Virus record (IMG/VR): IMGVR_UViG_3300020123_000246
DNA: 53,936 nucleotides
Origin: a virus
Strand: one strand, 5' to 3'
A model generated the notes under the pieces. The model searched no databases. It was not told the origin of the DNA and saw nothing but the letters and a program-made list of their open reading frames with translations. Of this stretch, positions 8,502-17,370 are shown piece after piece (positions within the stretch are counted from its first letter, which is position 1; each line of letters begins with the position of its first letter). The translations under genes were made by a program, and so were the position numbers.

Positions 8502-9160
8502 AACCCGTTTTAGTTTACGCTTACCCCGGCGAGCGCTACCTCGAGCATGCGCTCAAGTTTGTTGCCACCTACCAGAACGCGCCAGGAGGCATCGAGCACA
8601 GCACTTTGATTGTGTGCAACGGTGTGCCAGCGGACGGGTTTGCCAAAACGCTTTTCGCTTCACTCCCTGAGGTCAGCTTCCTCGAGCACGATAATTCCGG
8701 TTGGGATATCGGCGCTTTCCAGAAGGCGGCCGAAAATCTCCCGAATACGGTTGCGGTGTTTTGCGGCGCCTCGGCTTGGTTTCCGCGGCCGGGCTGGATG
8801 GTGCGAGTGGTCCAATCCGCCACACGTCGAGGCCTCGGGATTTTCGGTACCATGGGCAACGCCGGCGATGCGCGTTTCAGTGTATCCCCGCACATACGGA
8901 CTACCGGTTTTTGGCTGAGCACTGAGCTAATGAACAAGTACCCGCTCAGGGTGAAGGATGCGGGCTTGCGCTACGCCTTCGAGCATGGCCCCAACTGCCT
9001 GACGTCATGGGTCACCGGACAGGGAATGCCCGCCTGGGTAGTCACCTGGGATGGTGAGTACATGCGTGAAGCCTGGGACCACATTCCAAACGGCTTTCAC
9101 CGCGGCGACCAAAGCCAGGTCATGATCCGTGACAGACTCTGCGATCCACCCTACTACTGA
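8498..9160 (+). CDS. Glycosyltransferase-like protein, paralog 2 of 3
   Basis: IVCNGV, DNSGWDIGAF, FPRPGWMVRVVQS..RRGLGIFG, HIRTTGF, FEHGPN, VTWDG; ATGA overlap with dcm. Confidence 0.65.
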   Translation: MKPVLVYAYPGERYLEHALKFVATYQNAPGGIEHSTLIVCNGVPADGFAKTLFASLPEVSFLEHDNSGWDIGAFQKAAENLPNTVAVFCGASAWFPRPGWMVRVVQSATRRGLGIFGTMGNAGDARFSVSPHIRTTGFWLSTELMNKYPLRVKDAGLRYAFEHGPNCLTSWVTGQGMPAWVVTWDGEYMREAWDHIPNGFHRGDQSQVMIRDRLCDPPYY

Positions 9161-9161
9161 A

Positions 9162-9851
9162 ATGCGACCTATAGCCGTTTTCTACCACTGCCTTTTCTGC
9201 CTCAACACGCCGGACAATGTCCGCGAAAAAGCCCTCGCGATTGTCGACCAGCAAATGCGCGTGATGAACGCAAGCGGGCTGACCTATGCCGCCAAGGAAA
9301 TCGTTATCGGCATCAATGGCGGGGAGGAAAGCAAAATCTATGCGGACCTCCTCCTGCCTCAGAGCGCGCGCAAGGTGTACCACGGCCTCGAGAGTCACGC
9401 CGAGAACCTCACGATTGTTGAGATCGAGAAGTGGCTACCGGCTCACCCCGGCTGGAACGTGCTCTACTTCCATGCCAAAGGCTGCACGCACGCGGCGGGA
9501 GATCCTTACGGGGAAGGAGTGTCCGGCCCTTGGCGCGATACGATGACTAGCCTGTTAGTGCTCGGTTGGCGCCAGTGTGTGGCGGACCTCGGGGCGGGTT
9601 ATGAATCAGTTGGCTGCCATTTCCTTCGCGGCCAGTGCGACGGCACCCAACACATTTGGGCAGGCAACTTCTTTTGGGCTACCTCGGATTTCCTCCGGAC
9701 CCTGCCGAGCATCTACGCTCGAGAGCGAATCAAAGTGTCCGGCATTGCCGCGGCCGAGAGCCGTTATGAAGCCGAGGTTTGGATCGGCAATGGGCATCGG
9801 TGTCCAACAGTCCGCGAGTACCTGCCTGCCGGCGGGGGAGGAGTCCCATGA
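9162..9851 (+). CDS. Putative glycosyltransferase-related protein (HxKG...WR motif)
   Basis: IAVFYHCLF..., VLYFHAKGCTHAAGDPYGEGVSGPWRDTM recalls the HTKK...WR motif of rhamnan-synthesis (RgpF)-type transferases; assignment from memory only. Confidence 0.45.
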   Translation: MRPIAVFYHCLFCLNTPDNVREKALAIVDQQMRVMNASGLTYAAKEIVIGINGGEESKIYADLLLPQSARKVYHGLESHAENLTIVEIEKWLPAHPGWNVLYFHAKGCTHAAGDPYGEGVSGPWRDTMTSLLVLGWRQCVADLGAGYESVGCHFLRGQCDGTQHIWAGNFFWATSDFLRTLPSIYARERIKVSGIAAAESRYEAEVWIGNGHRCPTVREYLPAGGGGVP

Positions 9852-10462
9852 ACGAAGTGTTATTGCTGGATGAAATTGCGCTAAAGCACGGTACCGACAA
9901 GGCCTCGAGGCATCCCGTCAAAGGCCATGGTTACACAGCCCATTACGCCGATGTGTTCTGGCCGTTTCGCGACGAGCCTCTAAGCGTGGTTGAAATCGGA
10001 GTCGGAGGCGGCGAGTCGATCCGCATGTGGCTCGAGTACTTTCCGAGAGCTCTTGTTTACGGAGTGGATAACGTGCAAGGTACCAACCCCTGGAACACAG
10101 TGAGGGGCGGCGCGGATCTCCGCTACACCTTTGTTTACGGCGACCAAAGCGACACGACTTTTTGGGAGTGCTTCAAGGTCGATTACGGGCCCACCTTCGA
10201 CATTATAATTGATGATGGCGGTCACTTCTCCAACCAGATCGTTACGACCTTTGCCGGCATGTGGGGCACGATTAAGCCCGGCGGCTTTTATTGCATTGAG
10301 GATATCGATTGCGGGTACACCGCAGGGACGATATTTATTCCGCCCGGCTCTCCGAGCCACAACGATTTTGTGACGGGATTTGTGCCGTCGATCCAAACTG
10401 GCGGTAGTGATATCGATTACCTCCGGATCTCAAACGGCCTGGCCATCTTCCGAAAGCGATGA
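9848..10462 (+). CDS. Class I SAM-dependent methyltransferase (sugar O-methyltransferase-like)
   Basis: KHGTDK...HGYTAHYADVF...VVEIGVGGGESIRMWLEYFP...VYGVD...IIIDDGGH pattern typical of polysaccharide-cluster methyltransferases; ATGA overlap. Confidence 0.75.
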   Translation: MNEVLLLDEIALKHGTDKASRHPVKGHGYTAHYADVFWPFRDEPLSVVEIGVGGGESIRMWLEYFPRALVYGVDNVQGTNPWNTVRGGADLRYTFVYGDQSDTTFWECFKVDYGPTFDIIIDDGGHFSNQIVTTFAGMWGTIKPGGFYCIEDIDCGYTAGTIFIPPGSPSHNDFVTGFVPSIQTGGSDIDYLRISNGLAIFRKR

Positions 10463-11178
10463 GAGTTGCCCTCTGCTATCCCTACATTTACAGCAAAGAA
10501 GAGGAGCTTCTGCCAACGATCGAGCGATTCTTCGATAGCGGGATTGACTATCCTCCCGGTGCTGACCACGACTTAGTTCTGGAATTGAGTGAAGCGCCCT
10601 TGCGGGTTTGGTCTATTTGGGATGGAGATGGCTTGCGCGCGCCAAACGTAAAGATCGTTCGCTACTATGGAGGAGGCCGGGATATCGGAGCTCACCAGCA
10701 CGCCGCCAACTCGCTTGCTCCTGAGATTGACTTTGCTGTATTCTGCAGCTCTCAGGTTCATTTCCATCGCGCCGGCTGGTTAGCCCGAATTATTGAAGCG
10801 CGCACTAAGCATGGGCCCGGTTTGTACGGCGCGATGGGTTCTTTCGAAAATAATCCCCACATCCGGACCTGCTTCTTTGGGTGCGATCCTCTCTTCATGC
10901 GGAGGTATCCGAATGTTATCAACAGCCGGGAAAAGTCCCTCGAGTTTGAGAGCGGACCTCAAAACTTTAGCTTGTGGGTCGATGCCCAGGGCGGCTCAGT
11001 CCGCATGGTTACATGGAGCACAGAGTTACAGCTCCAGCATTGCCGGGACGTTGAAAACGGATTCCGCATTGGCGACCAAAGCAACTGTCTTGTGTGGGAT
11101 CGCCACACCGAGATTTACGCCAAAGCGGATCCGGAGCTGCAGGCTGGATTGCGCCGCTCAGCCGATGGCCTAAAATGA
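10459..11178 (+). CDS. Glycosyltransferase-like protein, paralog 3 of 3
   Basis: GGGRDIGAHQ, FHRAGWLARIIEARTKHGPGLYG, HIRTCFF, FESGPQN, VTWS; ATGA overlap. Confidence 0.65.
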   Translation: MRVALCYPYIYSKEEELLPTIERFFDSGIDYPPGADHDLVLELSEAPLRVWSIWDGDGLRAPNVKIVRYYGGGRDIGAHQHAANSLAPEIDFAVFCSSQVHFHRAGWLARIIEARTKHGPGLYGAMGSFENNPHIRTCFFGCDPLFMRRYPNVINSREKSLEFESGPQNFSLWVDAQGGSVRMVTWSTELQLQHCRDVENGFRIGDQSNCLVWDRHTEIYAKADPELQAGLRRSADGLK

Positions 11179-11315
11179 GTGTTGAACTGAGAGGTGTCAG
11201 AGGTTTTCTGATCGGGGTGGCGTTCACCCGCAAAACCAAACTCACTCCTCGCGCCTGTTTTATTTACCTCGGCTTCTGGCTACTACTAATGATGAGCACT
11301 GAGGCCAAAGGATGA
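11175..11315 (+). CDS. Small membrane protein (46 aa)
   Basis: MSVELRGVRGFLIGVAF...CFIYLGFWLLLMM; ATGA overlaps at both ends keep it translationally coupled in the island. Confidence 0.45.
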   Translation: MSVELRGVRGFLIGVAFTRKTKLTPRACFIYLGFWLLLMMSTEAKG

Positions 11316-11998
11316 GCTGGCATAGCCAATTTTCCGAGGACCGCTGGCTCGCAGAAAACCGAGAGCTCCCCGCCAAAGGCTATTTCGTTGAGGTTGGCGC
11401 TTACGATGGGATTTCCTGCAGCAATACTCTGGCCTTTGAAGAGATGGGATGGGAGGGCATGTGTTTCGAACCGGATCCGGAGATTGCCGAGCTCTGCCGC
11501 AAGAACCGCAAGGCGATGACCTACCAGACCGCGATCGGTGGAGGCGGTTACATGCAGCCTTTTTGGGTCAATGACGCCGATAGAGGGACCTCGAGCCTTA
11601 TCAAATACCCCAATACTCGAGACTACGGTGTTACGGTCAATCCACTCTGGAAATTCCTCGACCTCTGGCGGCCGCCGAGTTTCGATTTGCTCTCAATCGA
11701 CACTGAGGGAACCGAGCTCGAGGTGTGGTCAACTCGCGGGCCTTGGAACCCTACTTATGCGATCGTTGAGTTCTGGACTCAGCCGCAACCCCCGCGGTTC
11801 GAGAGCATCGTAGCGCGCTTTGAGGTTGACGGTTACCGCCTAATCCATCAAACCGAGGCAAATGCGATCTTCCAGATCGATCCAAAACCAGAACCAGAAC
11901 CATCATGTATAAGCCACACGTACGTTGCAGGGCATGTGGATACGGCCCTGTACCCAGTCCCGGCGGAACAAAATGCGGAACCTCCTCCGAAAGATTGA
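11312..11998 (+). CDS. FkbM-family SAM methyltransferase
   Basis: SQFSEDRWL...GYFVEVGAYDGISCSNTLAFEEMGWEGMCFEPDP is the characteristic FkbM-type N-terminal pattern. Confidence 0.8.
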   Translation: MSWHSQFSEDRWLAENRELPAKGYFVEVGAYDGISCSNTLAFEEMGWEGMCFEPDPEIAELCRKNRKAMTYQTAIGGGGYMQPFWVNDADRGTSSLIKYPNTRDYGVTVNPLWKFLDLWRPPSFDLLSIDTEGTELEVWSTRGPWNPTYAIVEFWTQPQPPRFESIVARFEVDGYRLIHQTEANAIFQIDPKPEPEPSCISHTYVAGHVDTALYPVPAEQNAEPPPKD

Positions 11999-13185
11999 TC
12001 CCGGTCTTTGACCTGGGACTGCAGCCTCTGGCCAACGATTTCTGCGCCGAAGAGGAAGAGCGCGCCGGCTTTGCACCGTTAAAGGTTTTGCTCTGCCCGA
12101 ACTGCCATCTGGCTCAGCTTTCGGTCACCGTCGATCCTACTATTCTCTACCGCCGGTACCTTTACGTCACCAGCACCAGCAAAACGATGCTGGACCATTT
12201 CCAGTATCTTTGGGAGCTACTACCTATCAATGAGCCAGTGCCCCGAGTACTCGAGATTGGCAGCAACGATGGGCTATTCCTTGAATTTATCAAACATCAG
12301 GGCTGCGAAGTAGTAGGGGTGGATCCCTCCTTAAATCTGTCGAAAATCTCAGGCGAGCGCGGGGTTTGCACTTACAACGGATTTTGGAATCAGGCCTTTG
12401 CTGAGGCTAACCCGGGGATTAGGCATTTTGAGCCGGATTTCATTTTCGCCCGGCATGTGTTCTGCCATGTCGACGATTGGCGCGATTTCATCGCCGGCAT
12501 CGAACTCGTAAGCACGGTCGAAACTCTCACCTGTATCGAAGTCCCTTATGTTGGCGACCTCCTCGAAAAGGGAGAATTCGACACTATCTATCATGAGCAC
12601 ACTTCCTACCTCAGCGTAAAATCGATAGCCAAACTCCTCGAGGGAACAAAGCTCAGGCTGCATCGGATTGAGAAGCTGGCGATTCACGGCGGGGCCCTGC
12701 TCGTTATGATCCGCCACAAAGACTCGAAAGATGCGCCGCACAAGAGCGTTTCTGAATACTTCCGCAATGAGAACGTGGGGCTCGAGGCTTGGCGGGACTT
12801 TGCTGTTAGATGCCAGGGCAAGATAGAAGCGCTCCGATCTGTTGTCCGCAAGGCCAAGAGCGAAGGCAAGAGGGTAGTCGGTTACGGCGCCTCGGCCAAG
12901 AGTACCGTTTGGTTGAACGCCTGTGGGTTCACCCGAAAAGAGATCGACTACATCACAGATAACACCATGGGAAAGCTGTACAAGCTCAGCCCGGGCAACG
13001 ATATCCCGATCGTGAATTCGGACAATCTGCACTACGATCAGCCGGACTTCGCGATCATGTTTTGCTGGAATTTCGCCGAGGAGGTCATTGCCAAAGAGAA
13101 GATTTTCCTTGAGAAAGGCGGCAAATGGGTGATACCTCACCCAAATATCAAAGTAATCGATGGGAGCGGTGAAGTGGTCCTGTGA
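11905..13185 (+). CDS. NDP-sugar C-methyltransferase-like enzyme (Zn-ribbon + class I MTase + C-methyltransferase C-terminal domain)
   Basis: CRACGYG...FDLGLQPLANDF...LCPNCHLAQL...YRRYLYVTSTSKTMLDHF...VLEIGSNDG; overlaps the previous gene by 94 nt. Confidence 0.82.
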   Translation: MYKPHVRCRACGYGPVPSPGGTKCGTSSERLIPVFDLGLQPLANDFCAEEEERAGFAPLKVLLCPNCHLAQLSVTVDPTILYRRYLYVTSTSKTMLDHFQYLWELLPINEPVPRVLEIGSNDGLFLEFIKHQGCEVVGVDPSLNLSKISGERGVCTYNGFWNQAFAEANPGIRHFEPDFIFARHVFCHVDDWRDFIAGIELVSTVETLTCIEVPYVGDLLEKGEFDTIYHEHTSYLSVKSIAKLLEGTKLRLHRIEKLAIHGGALLVMIRHKDSKDAPHKSVSEYFRNENVGLEAWRDFAVRCQGKIEALRSVVRKAKSEGKRVVGYGASAKSTVWLNACGFTRKEIDYITDNTMGKLYKLSPGNDIPIVNSDNLHYDQPDFAIMFCWNFAEEVIAKEKIFLEKGGKWVIPHPNIKVIDGSGEVVL

Positions 13186-15485
13186 AATTTAGCAAGGTCA
13201 ACTTGGTCGAACAGGTGGTATGGAATATGCGCCTGGCCGACCTGCCACGCGCGGAAAACCGGACCATTATTAACGAGCTCTTCAACGGAGATCCCCCTTT
13301 CGATGAGGATACGGCCGAGGAAGATCAGATCCAGATCAACCGCAACGACCTGACCGGCCCAAACGTGATGACCCAATCCCGCCGGCAGTGGATGCAGGCC
13401 CTCGTCACCAAACCGGGAAACAAATTCTCAGTCGCGCTCGACAGCGGCCCGGCCAAGAAACGCCGGGAGTGGAGCCATGCCATTACCCGCAATGCCAATC
13501 GGGTGCTCAATCGTTCACGCTCCTACATGGAGCAAGGCCGAGCAGCCGGCGCCCAAACGGTGTTGCATGGCATAGGTCCCTCCATCTGGACAACTCGCCG
13601 CGGAGTGCTCTGCAAGCCCTTGCCGATCGGAAGTGTGATGATTCCGAGCGAAACGGACGTCGATTTCGAGAACCTCGACCATATTGCGTTTTTCAACGAG
13701 TGGACCCCGGCGCAGCTCTCCAAACTGGTTTACGGCAACCGGCGGGATCCAGGCTGGAACCTCGAGCTCGTCAAAGCTCAGTGGAAGTACGTAGTAGAGC
13801 AGGTTCAGAAGCAGCCCAATGCCACGGCTTTCCAGTACATGCCTGAGCGCATTGAGGAGCTGATCAAGCAGGACATGGGCTTTTGGGGTTCTGACGCCGT
13901 GCCTACCATTGACGTTTGGGACTTCTATTTCCGCCAGGACGATAACGGTTGGTACCGCCGGGTGTTCCTCGATTGGGGAGTAGAGGCGGGAGTCAAAGAC
14001 CTACCCAAATCCAAGAATGGTGATAAAAACGATCTGTTTGGAGGATTCCTCTACACCAGCGGCAAGCGGATTTTCGCGCGGGACATTAACGAGTTTTTCC
14101 ATTCCCAACTCGGCGATTGCTCGGCTGTTGCCCCATTCAAGGTTCATTCGATTCGATCGCTCGGCTGGATGCTTTGGGGAGTGTGCGACCTCGAGACTCG
14201 GTTGCACTGCAAATTCAGCGAGGCTCTCTTCGAGCAACTCATGTGGTTTTTCCGGGTAGCCAGCGGAGGCGACCTTACCCGCCTGCGCAAAGCGGACTTC
14301 TACCATTTTGGCGTGATTCCCTCGAACGTGGACATGGTAAAGGGCAATGAGCGCTACGTTCCAGACGCCAACCTGATCAACGCCGGCTTTACCCGGTTCA
14401 ATCAGTTAATCAGCCAGGCGGCCTCTTCCTTCACTCAGGACTTTTCCGGCGGCGAGAGCGGTAAGGAAATGACCGCTACCGAAACGATGGCCCGGGTCAA
14501 TCAGGTCAATGCTCTGGTGTCCGGCTTGCTCACGCTGGCTTACACGTACGAGGAATTCAAAGACCGTGAAACGATGCGCCGGCTATGCATCAAAAATAAT
14601 CCGGATCCACTGGCCAAAAAGTTCTACCTGATGTGCATGGAGGATAAGGTTGATCCCGAAGTACTCGACGTCGACAAAATGGATATTGTCCGCGAGCGCT
14701 CGATGGGTGGGGGAAACAAAACCCTCGAGATGGCCATGGTTCAGTTCCTGCAGGGCATTCGAAAGAACCTGGGCCCGCAAGGGCAACGCCAAGTCGATCA
14801 TATTTCCATTGAATCGGTTACCGATGACGCGCGCCTGGCCGAGGACCTGGCCCCGGTCGAGCAGGAAAAGCACGTTTCCAATTCCGAGCACGATGCGCAG
14901 CTCGCTACCGATCGCATACTCCGCGGCCTTCCTTTCCAAGTGCGGCCGGACATGGTTTTCGAGGATTATGTCAAAGTGTGGCTGCAGGATCTCACGGTGC
15001 TTGTCACGCAGAAGCAGCAAGCCGGCGGGATGGCTACACTGGACGAAATCAAAGGGTTCCAGGCCCTGAGCAATCAGATTACCGAATTCCTCAAGATCAT
15101 GGGGACGGATCCGGAGCTCAAGGAACGGGTTCGCGAGTACCAGCTCGCTCTAACCAAGCTGCTCAATCTGGTGAAAGCGATGTTCCAGCGGCTCATGCAG
15201 CAAATGAAAGCTCAGGCTCGAGCAGGCGGCAACGGCGAACAAGCCAAAGAAGCGGCGAAGATCCGCGCTATAGAGCTCGCGGCTCAGGTCAAAGCGAAGA
15301 ACTCAACCGAAAGCAACGCGCAAAAGAACGCGCAGCGGCAAGTCAGCTTCGAGTTGAAAGAGCAACAGCAGGAGCGGGAGCACCAAGCCACCATGCGGAG
15401 GCTCGACCTCGAGCATCATTACAACCTTTTGACCGATGCCTTACGGGCAGCCGGCCAAAGTGACAGCAAACCAGAAAACCAGTAA
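13182..15485 (+). CDS. Putative portal protein (767 aa) with coiled-coil C-terminal tail
   Basis: Size, position between the terminase region and scaffold/capsid genes, long Q/K/A/E-rich helical C-terminus; no motif-level proof. Confidence 0.6.
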   Translation: MKFSKVNLVEQVVWNMRLADLPRAENRTIINELFNGDPPFDEDTAEEDQIQINRNDLTGPNVMTQSRRQWMQALVTKPGNKFSVALDSGPAKKRREWSHAITRNANRVLNRSRSYMEQGRAAGAQTVLHGIGPSIWTTRRGVLCKPLPIGSVMIPSETDVDFENLDHIAFFNEWTPAQLSKLVYGNRRDPGWNLELVKAQWKYVVEQVQKQPNATAFQYMPERIEELIKQDMGFWGSDAVPTIDVWDFYFRQDDNGWYRRVFLDWGVEAGVKDLPKSKNGDKNDLFGGFLYTSGKRIFARDINEFFHSQLGDCSAVAPFKVHSIRSLGWMLWGVCDLETRLHCKFSEALFEQLMWFFRVASGGDLTRLRKADFYHFGVIPSNVDMVKGNERYVPDANLINAGFTRFNQLISQAASSFTQDFSGGESGKEMTATETMARVNQVNALVSGLLTLAYTYEEFKDRETMRRLCIKNNPDPLAKKFYLMCMEDKVDPEVLDVDKMDIVRERSMGGGNKTLEMAMVQFLQGIRKNLGPQGQRQVDHISIESVTDDARLAEDLAPVEQEKHVSNSEHDAQLATDRILRGLPFQVRPDMVFEDYVKVWLQDLTVLVTQKQQAGGMATLDEIKGFQALSNQITEFLKIMGTDPELKERVREYQLALTKLLNLVKAMFQRLMQQMKAQARAGGNGEQAKEAAKIRAIELAAQVKAKNSTESNAQKNAQRQVSFELKEQQQEREHQATMRRLDLEHHYNLLTDALRAAGQSDSKPENQ

Positions 15486-15490
15486 TAACT

Positions 15491-16060
15491 ATGCTAGCAA
15501 TCCAAATTGAACAGATCCCGAATAATGAGCAACGCTACCCAACCGTAGGAGATTGGTACTTTACCCAGGTTACGCCGGCAGGCGAAGCAAACCTGCCTCC
15601 CAATGCCCCGCTCAAGACACTGATTTCCTCGCCGGACACTCTAGTCATTCTTCACATCAAGGTATCAGCATTGCCCGACTGGAAACACACGATGCTCATT
15701 GCCGTGCATGAGCTGGTCGAGGTCCTGCTCTGCATCAATGACGGAGTGACCCAGGACATGGTTGATCGGTTCGATATCCAGTACGAGGAGCTGCGCAAGG
15801 CTGGCGATGAGTCCGAGCCTGGCGATGCGGTTTTGGCCCCCTATCGCAACCAGCATTGCTACGCTACAGCCGTCGAACGCATGCTGTGCGCGGCCTTTGG
15901 ATTACCGTGGGCTGAGTATGAAATCGAAATCGGTTCTCTCTACGAGGCAGAAGTCGCATCCGGCCGAAACAAAGAGGCGCCGGAAACCTGCAACTCCTGT
16001 GACAGCGATCCGGGGTATCCAATGCCGGCGGTAGATCTTGAGCCGCCAAAGGCAGCTTGA
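15491..16060 (+). CDS. Hypothetical protein (189 aa), contains AVHELVEV
   Basis: ORF track; in-operon. Confidence 0.55.
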   Translation: MLAIQIEQIPNNEQRYPTVGDWYFTQVTPAGEANLPPNAPLKTLISSPDTLVILHIKVSALPDWKHTMLIAVHELVEVLLCINDGVTQDMVDRFDIQYEELRKAGDESEPGDAVLAPYRNQHCYATAVERMLCAAFGLPWAEYEIEIGSLYEAEVASGRNKEAPETCNSCDSDPGYPMPAVDLEPPKAA

Positions 16061-17370
16061 AAGAGCTCTCGGAAATAACTTGCGGATTTATCGATCATGG
16101 CGGGCTGTATCAGCCCCTTGCTGAGCGCCTCGCCGAGTCGTACAAGCGGGTTATTTACTACGATCCAAACGCCGAGGACAGCGAAACGGTCAATGACGCT
16201 GTTCTCGGTGACTCCTTCCCTCCTAACCCTCGATTTGAGCGGGATGATGATATCTGGATGCGCAAAAAGGAGCTCGACCTTGTTGTAATCCCTGATTCCA
16301 AGCATTGCGGTATGGCGCTGGAGCTGCGCTCCCAGGGTATTCCAGTTTGGGGTTCAGCCCGGTCCATCTTCCTCGAGCAATCGCGCGAAACCTTTGTTCG
16401 AGTGCTCGAGGAGTTGGGCTTGGAAGTGCCGCCCTACAAGCGAATCATCGGAATTGACCGGCTGCGCGAGTACCTCAAAGACAAAGAGGATCAGATCATC
16501 AAAATCTCGAAGCACCGGCGGACCATGGAAACCAAGAAATGGACCTCCATGGATGAAGATGAGGCCTGGCTCGACATGATGGCTGTGCGCCTGGGCGGGG
16601 TTAAGAACCTGCAGCCTTTCCTTGCGTTTGAGTCCATCGATACGCCGCTGGAGCTCGGATTTGATACCTACCACATTGGCGGCCGCTATCCTCGGCTCAT
16701 GCTCGACGGGTACGAGGCCAAAGACAACGGGTACCTGGCCGCGCTCAAGCCCTTTGAGGAGATGCCCGAACAGTCGCGCGCCGTGCTCGAGGCCTTTGCG
16801 CCACTGCTCAAGCAGGCCGGGCATGCCAATTTCTGGACGTTTGAAATCCGGGTCAAAGACGACCATTTCTACCCGATAGACAACACCCCTCGAGGTCCGA
16901 TGCCTGGGACTGGCAGCCAAGGGATGCTCTACAAGAATCTGCCGAAGATAATCGCCGCCGGCGCCGAGGGTGAATTGATCGAGCCTGAGGCCGCCGGCAA
17001 ATTCGCCGCGGAGGTAGGTCTCTGCAAAAAAGGGTTCGATGTGTCCTGGCGCAGTGTGCGCGTCCCTGAGGAGCTCAAGCCATGGATGAAGCTTTCCGGT
17101 ACCTGCAACGTAAACGGCCGCTCTTGGTTCCCTTACAAGCCCCATGATGACGAGGGCATTGGCTGGCTGGTAGCGATCGGGGATACGCCGGCCGAGATCA
17201 TCGATAATATCCTCACCTACAAAGAACTCCTGCCCCCTGGCGTCGAGTGCTCAACTGAGGCTATGATTGAATTGCTCAGAGAGATCCACAAAGCTGAGGA
17301 GCAGGGGATCGAGTTTACGGATGAAGTGGTACCAGAACCCGAAACAGTAGTTACCCAAGATGAAAGCTAA
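16057..17370 (+). CDS. ATP-grasp fold ligase-like enzyme (437 aa, TTG start)
   Basis: PurD-like layout: GIPVWGSARSIFLEQSRETF...LGLEVPPY; Lys strand QIIKISKHRR; LAFESIDTPLELGFD; FWTFEIRVKDDHFYPIDNTPRGPMPG (the E-x-N-x-R equivalent). Confidence 0.6.
   Translation: MKELSEITCGFIDHGGLYQPLAERLAESYKRVIYYDPNAEDSETVNDAVLGDSFPPNPRFERDDDIWMRKKELDLVVIPDSKHCGMALELRSQGIPVWGSARSIFLEQSRETFVRVLEELGLEVPPYKRIIGIDRLREYLKDKEDQIIKISKHRRTMETKKWTSMDEDEAWLDMMAVRLGGVKNLQPFLAFESIDTPLELGFDTYHIGGRYPRLMLDGYEAKDNGYLAALKPFEEMPEQSRAVLEAFAPLLKQAGHANFWTFEIRVKDDHFYPIDNTPRGPMPGTGSQGMLYKNLPKIIAAGAEGELIEPEAAGKFAAEVGLCKKGFDVSWRSVRVPEELKPWMKLSGTCNVNGRSWFPYKPHDDEGIGWLVAIGDTPAEIIDNILTYKELLPPGVECSTEAMIELLREIHKAEEQGIEFTDEVVPEPETVVTQDES

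Noticed and set aside
16354-17145. 263-aa minus-strand ORF inside the ATP-grasp gene
   Set aside because: This is an antisense shadow ORF of a GC-rich gene. The sense frame carries the recognisable motifs.
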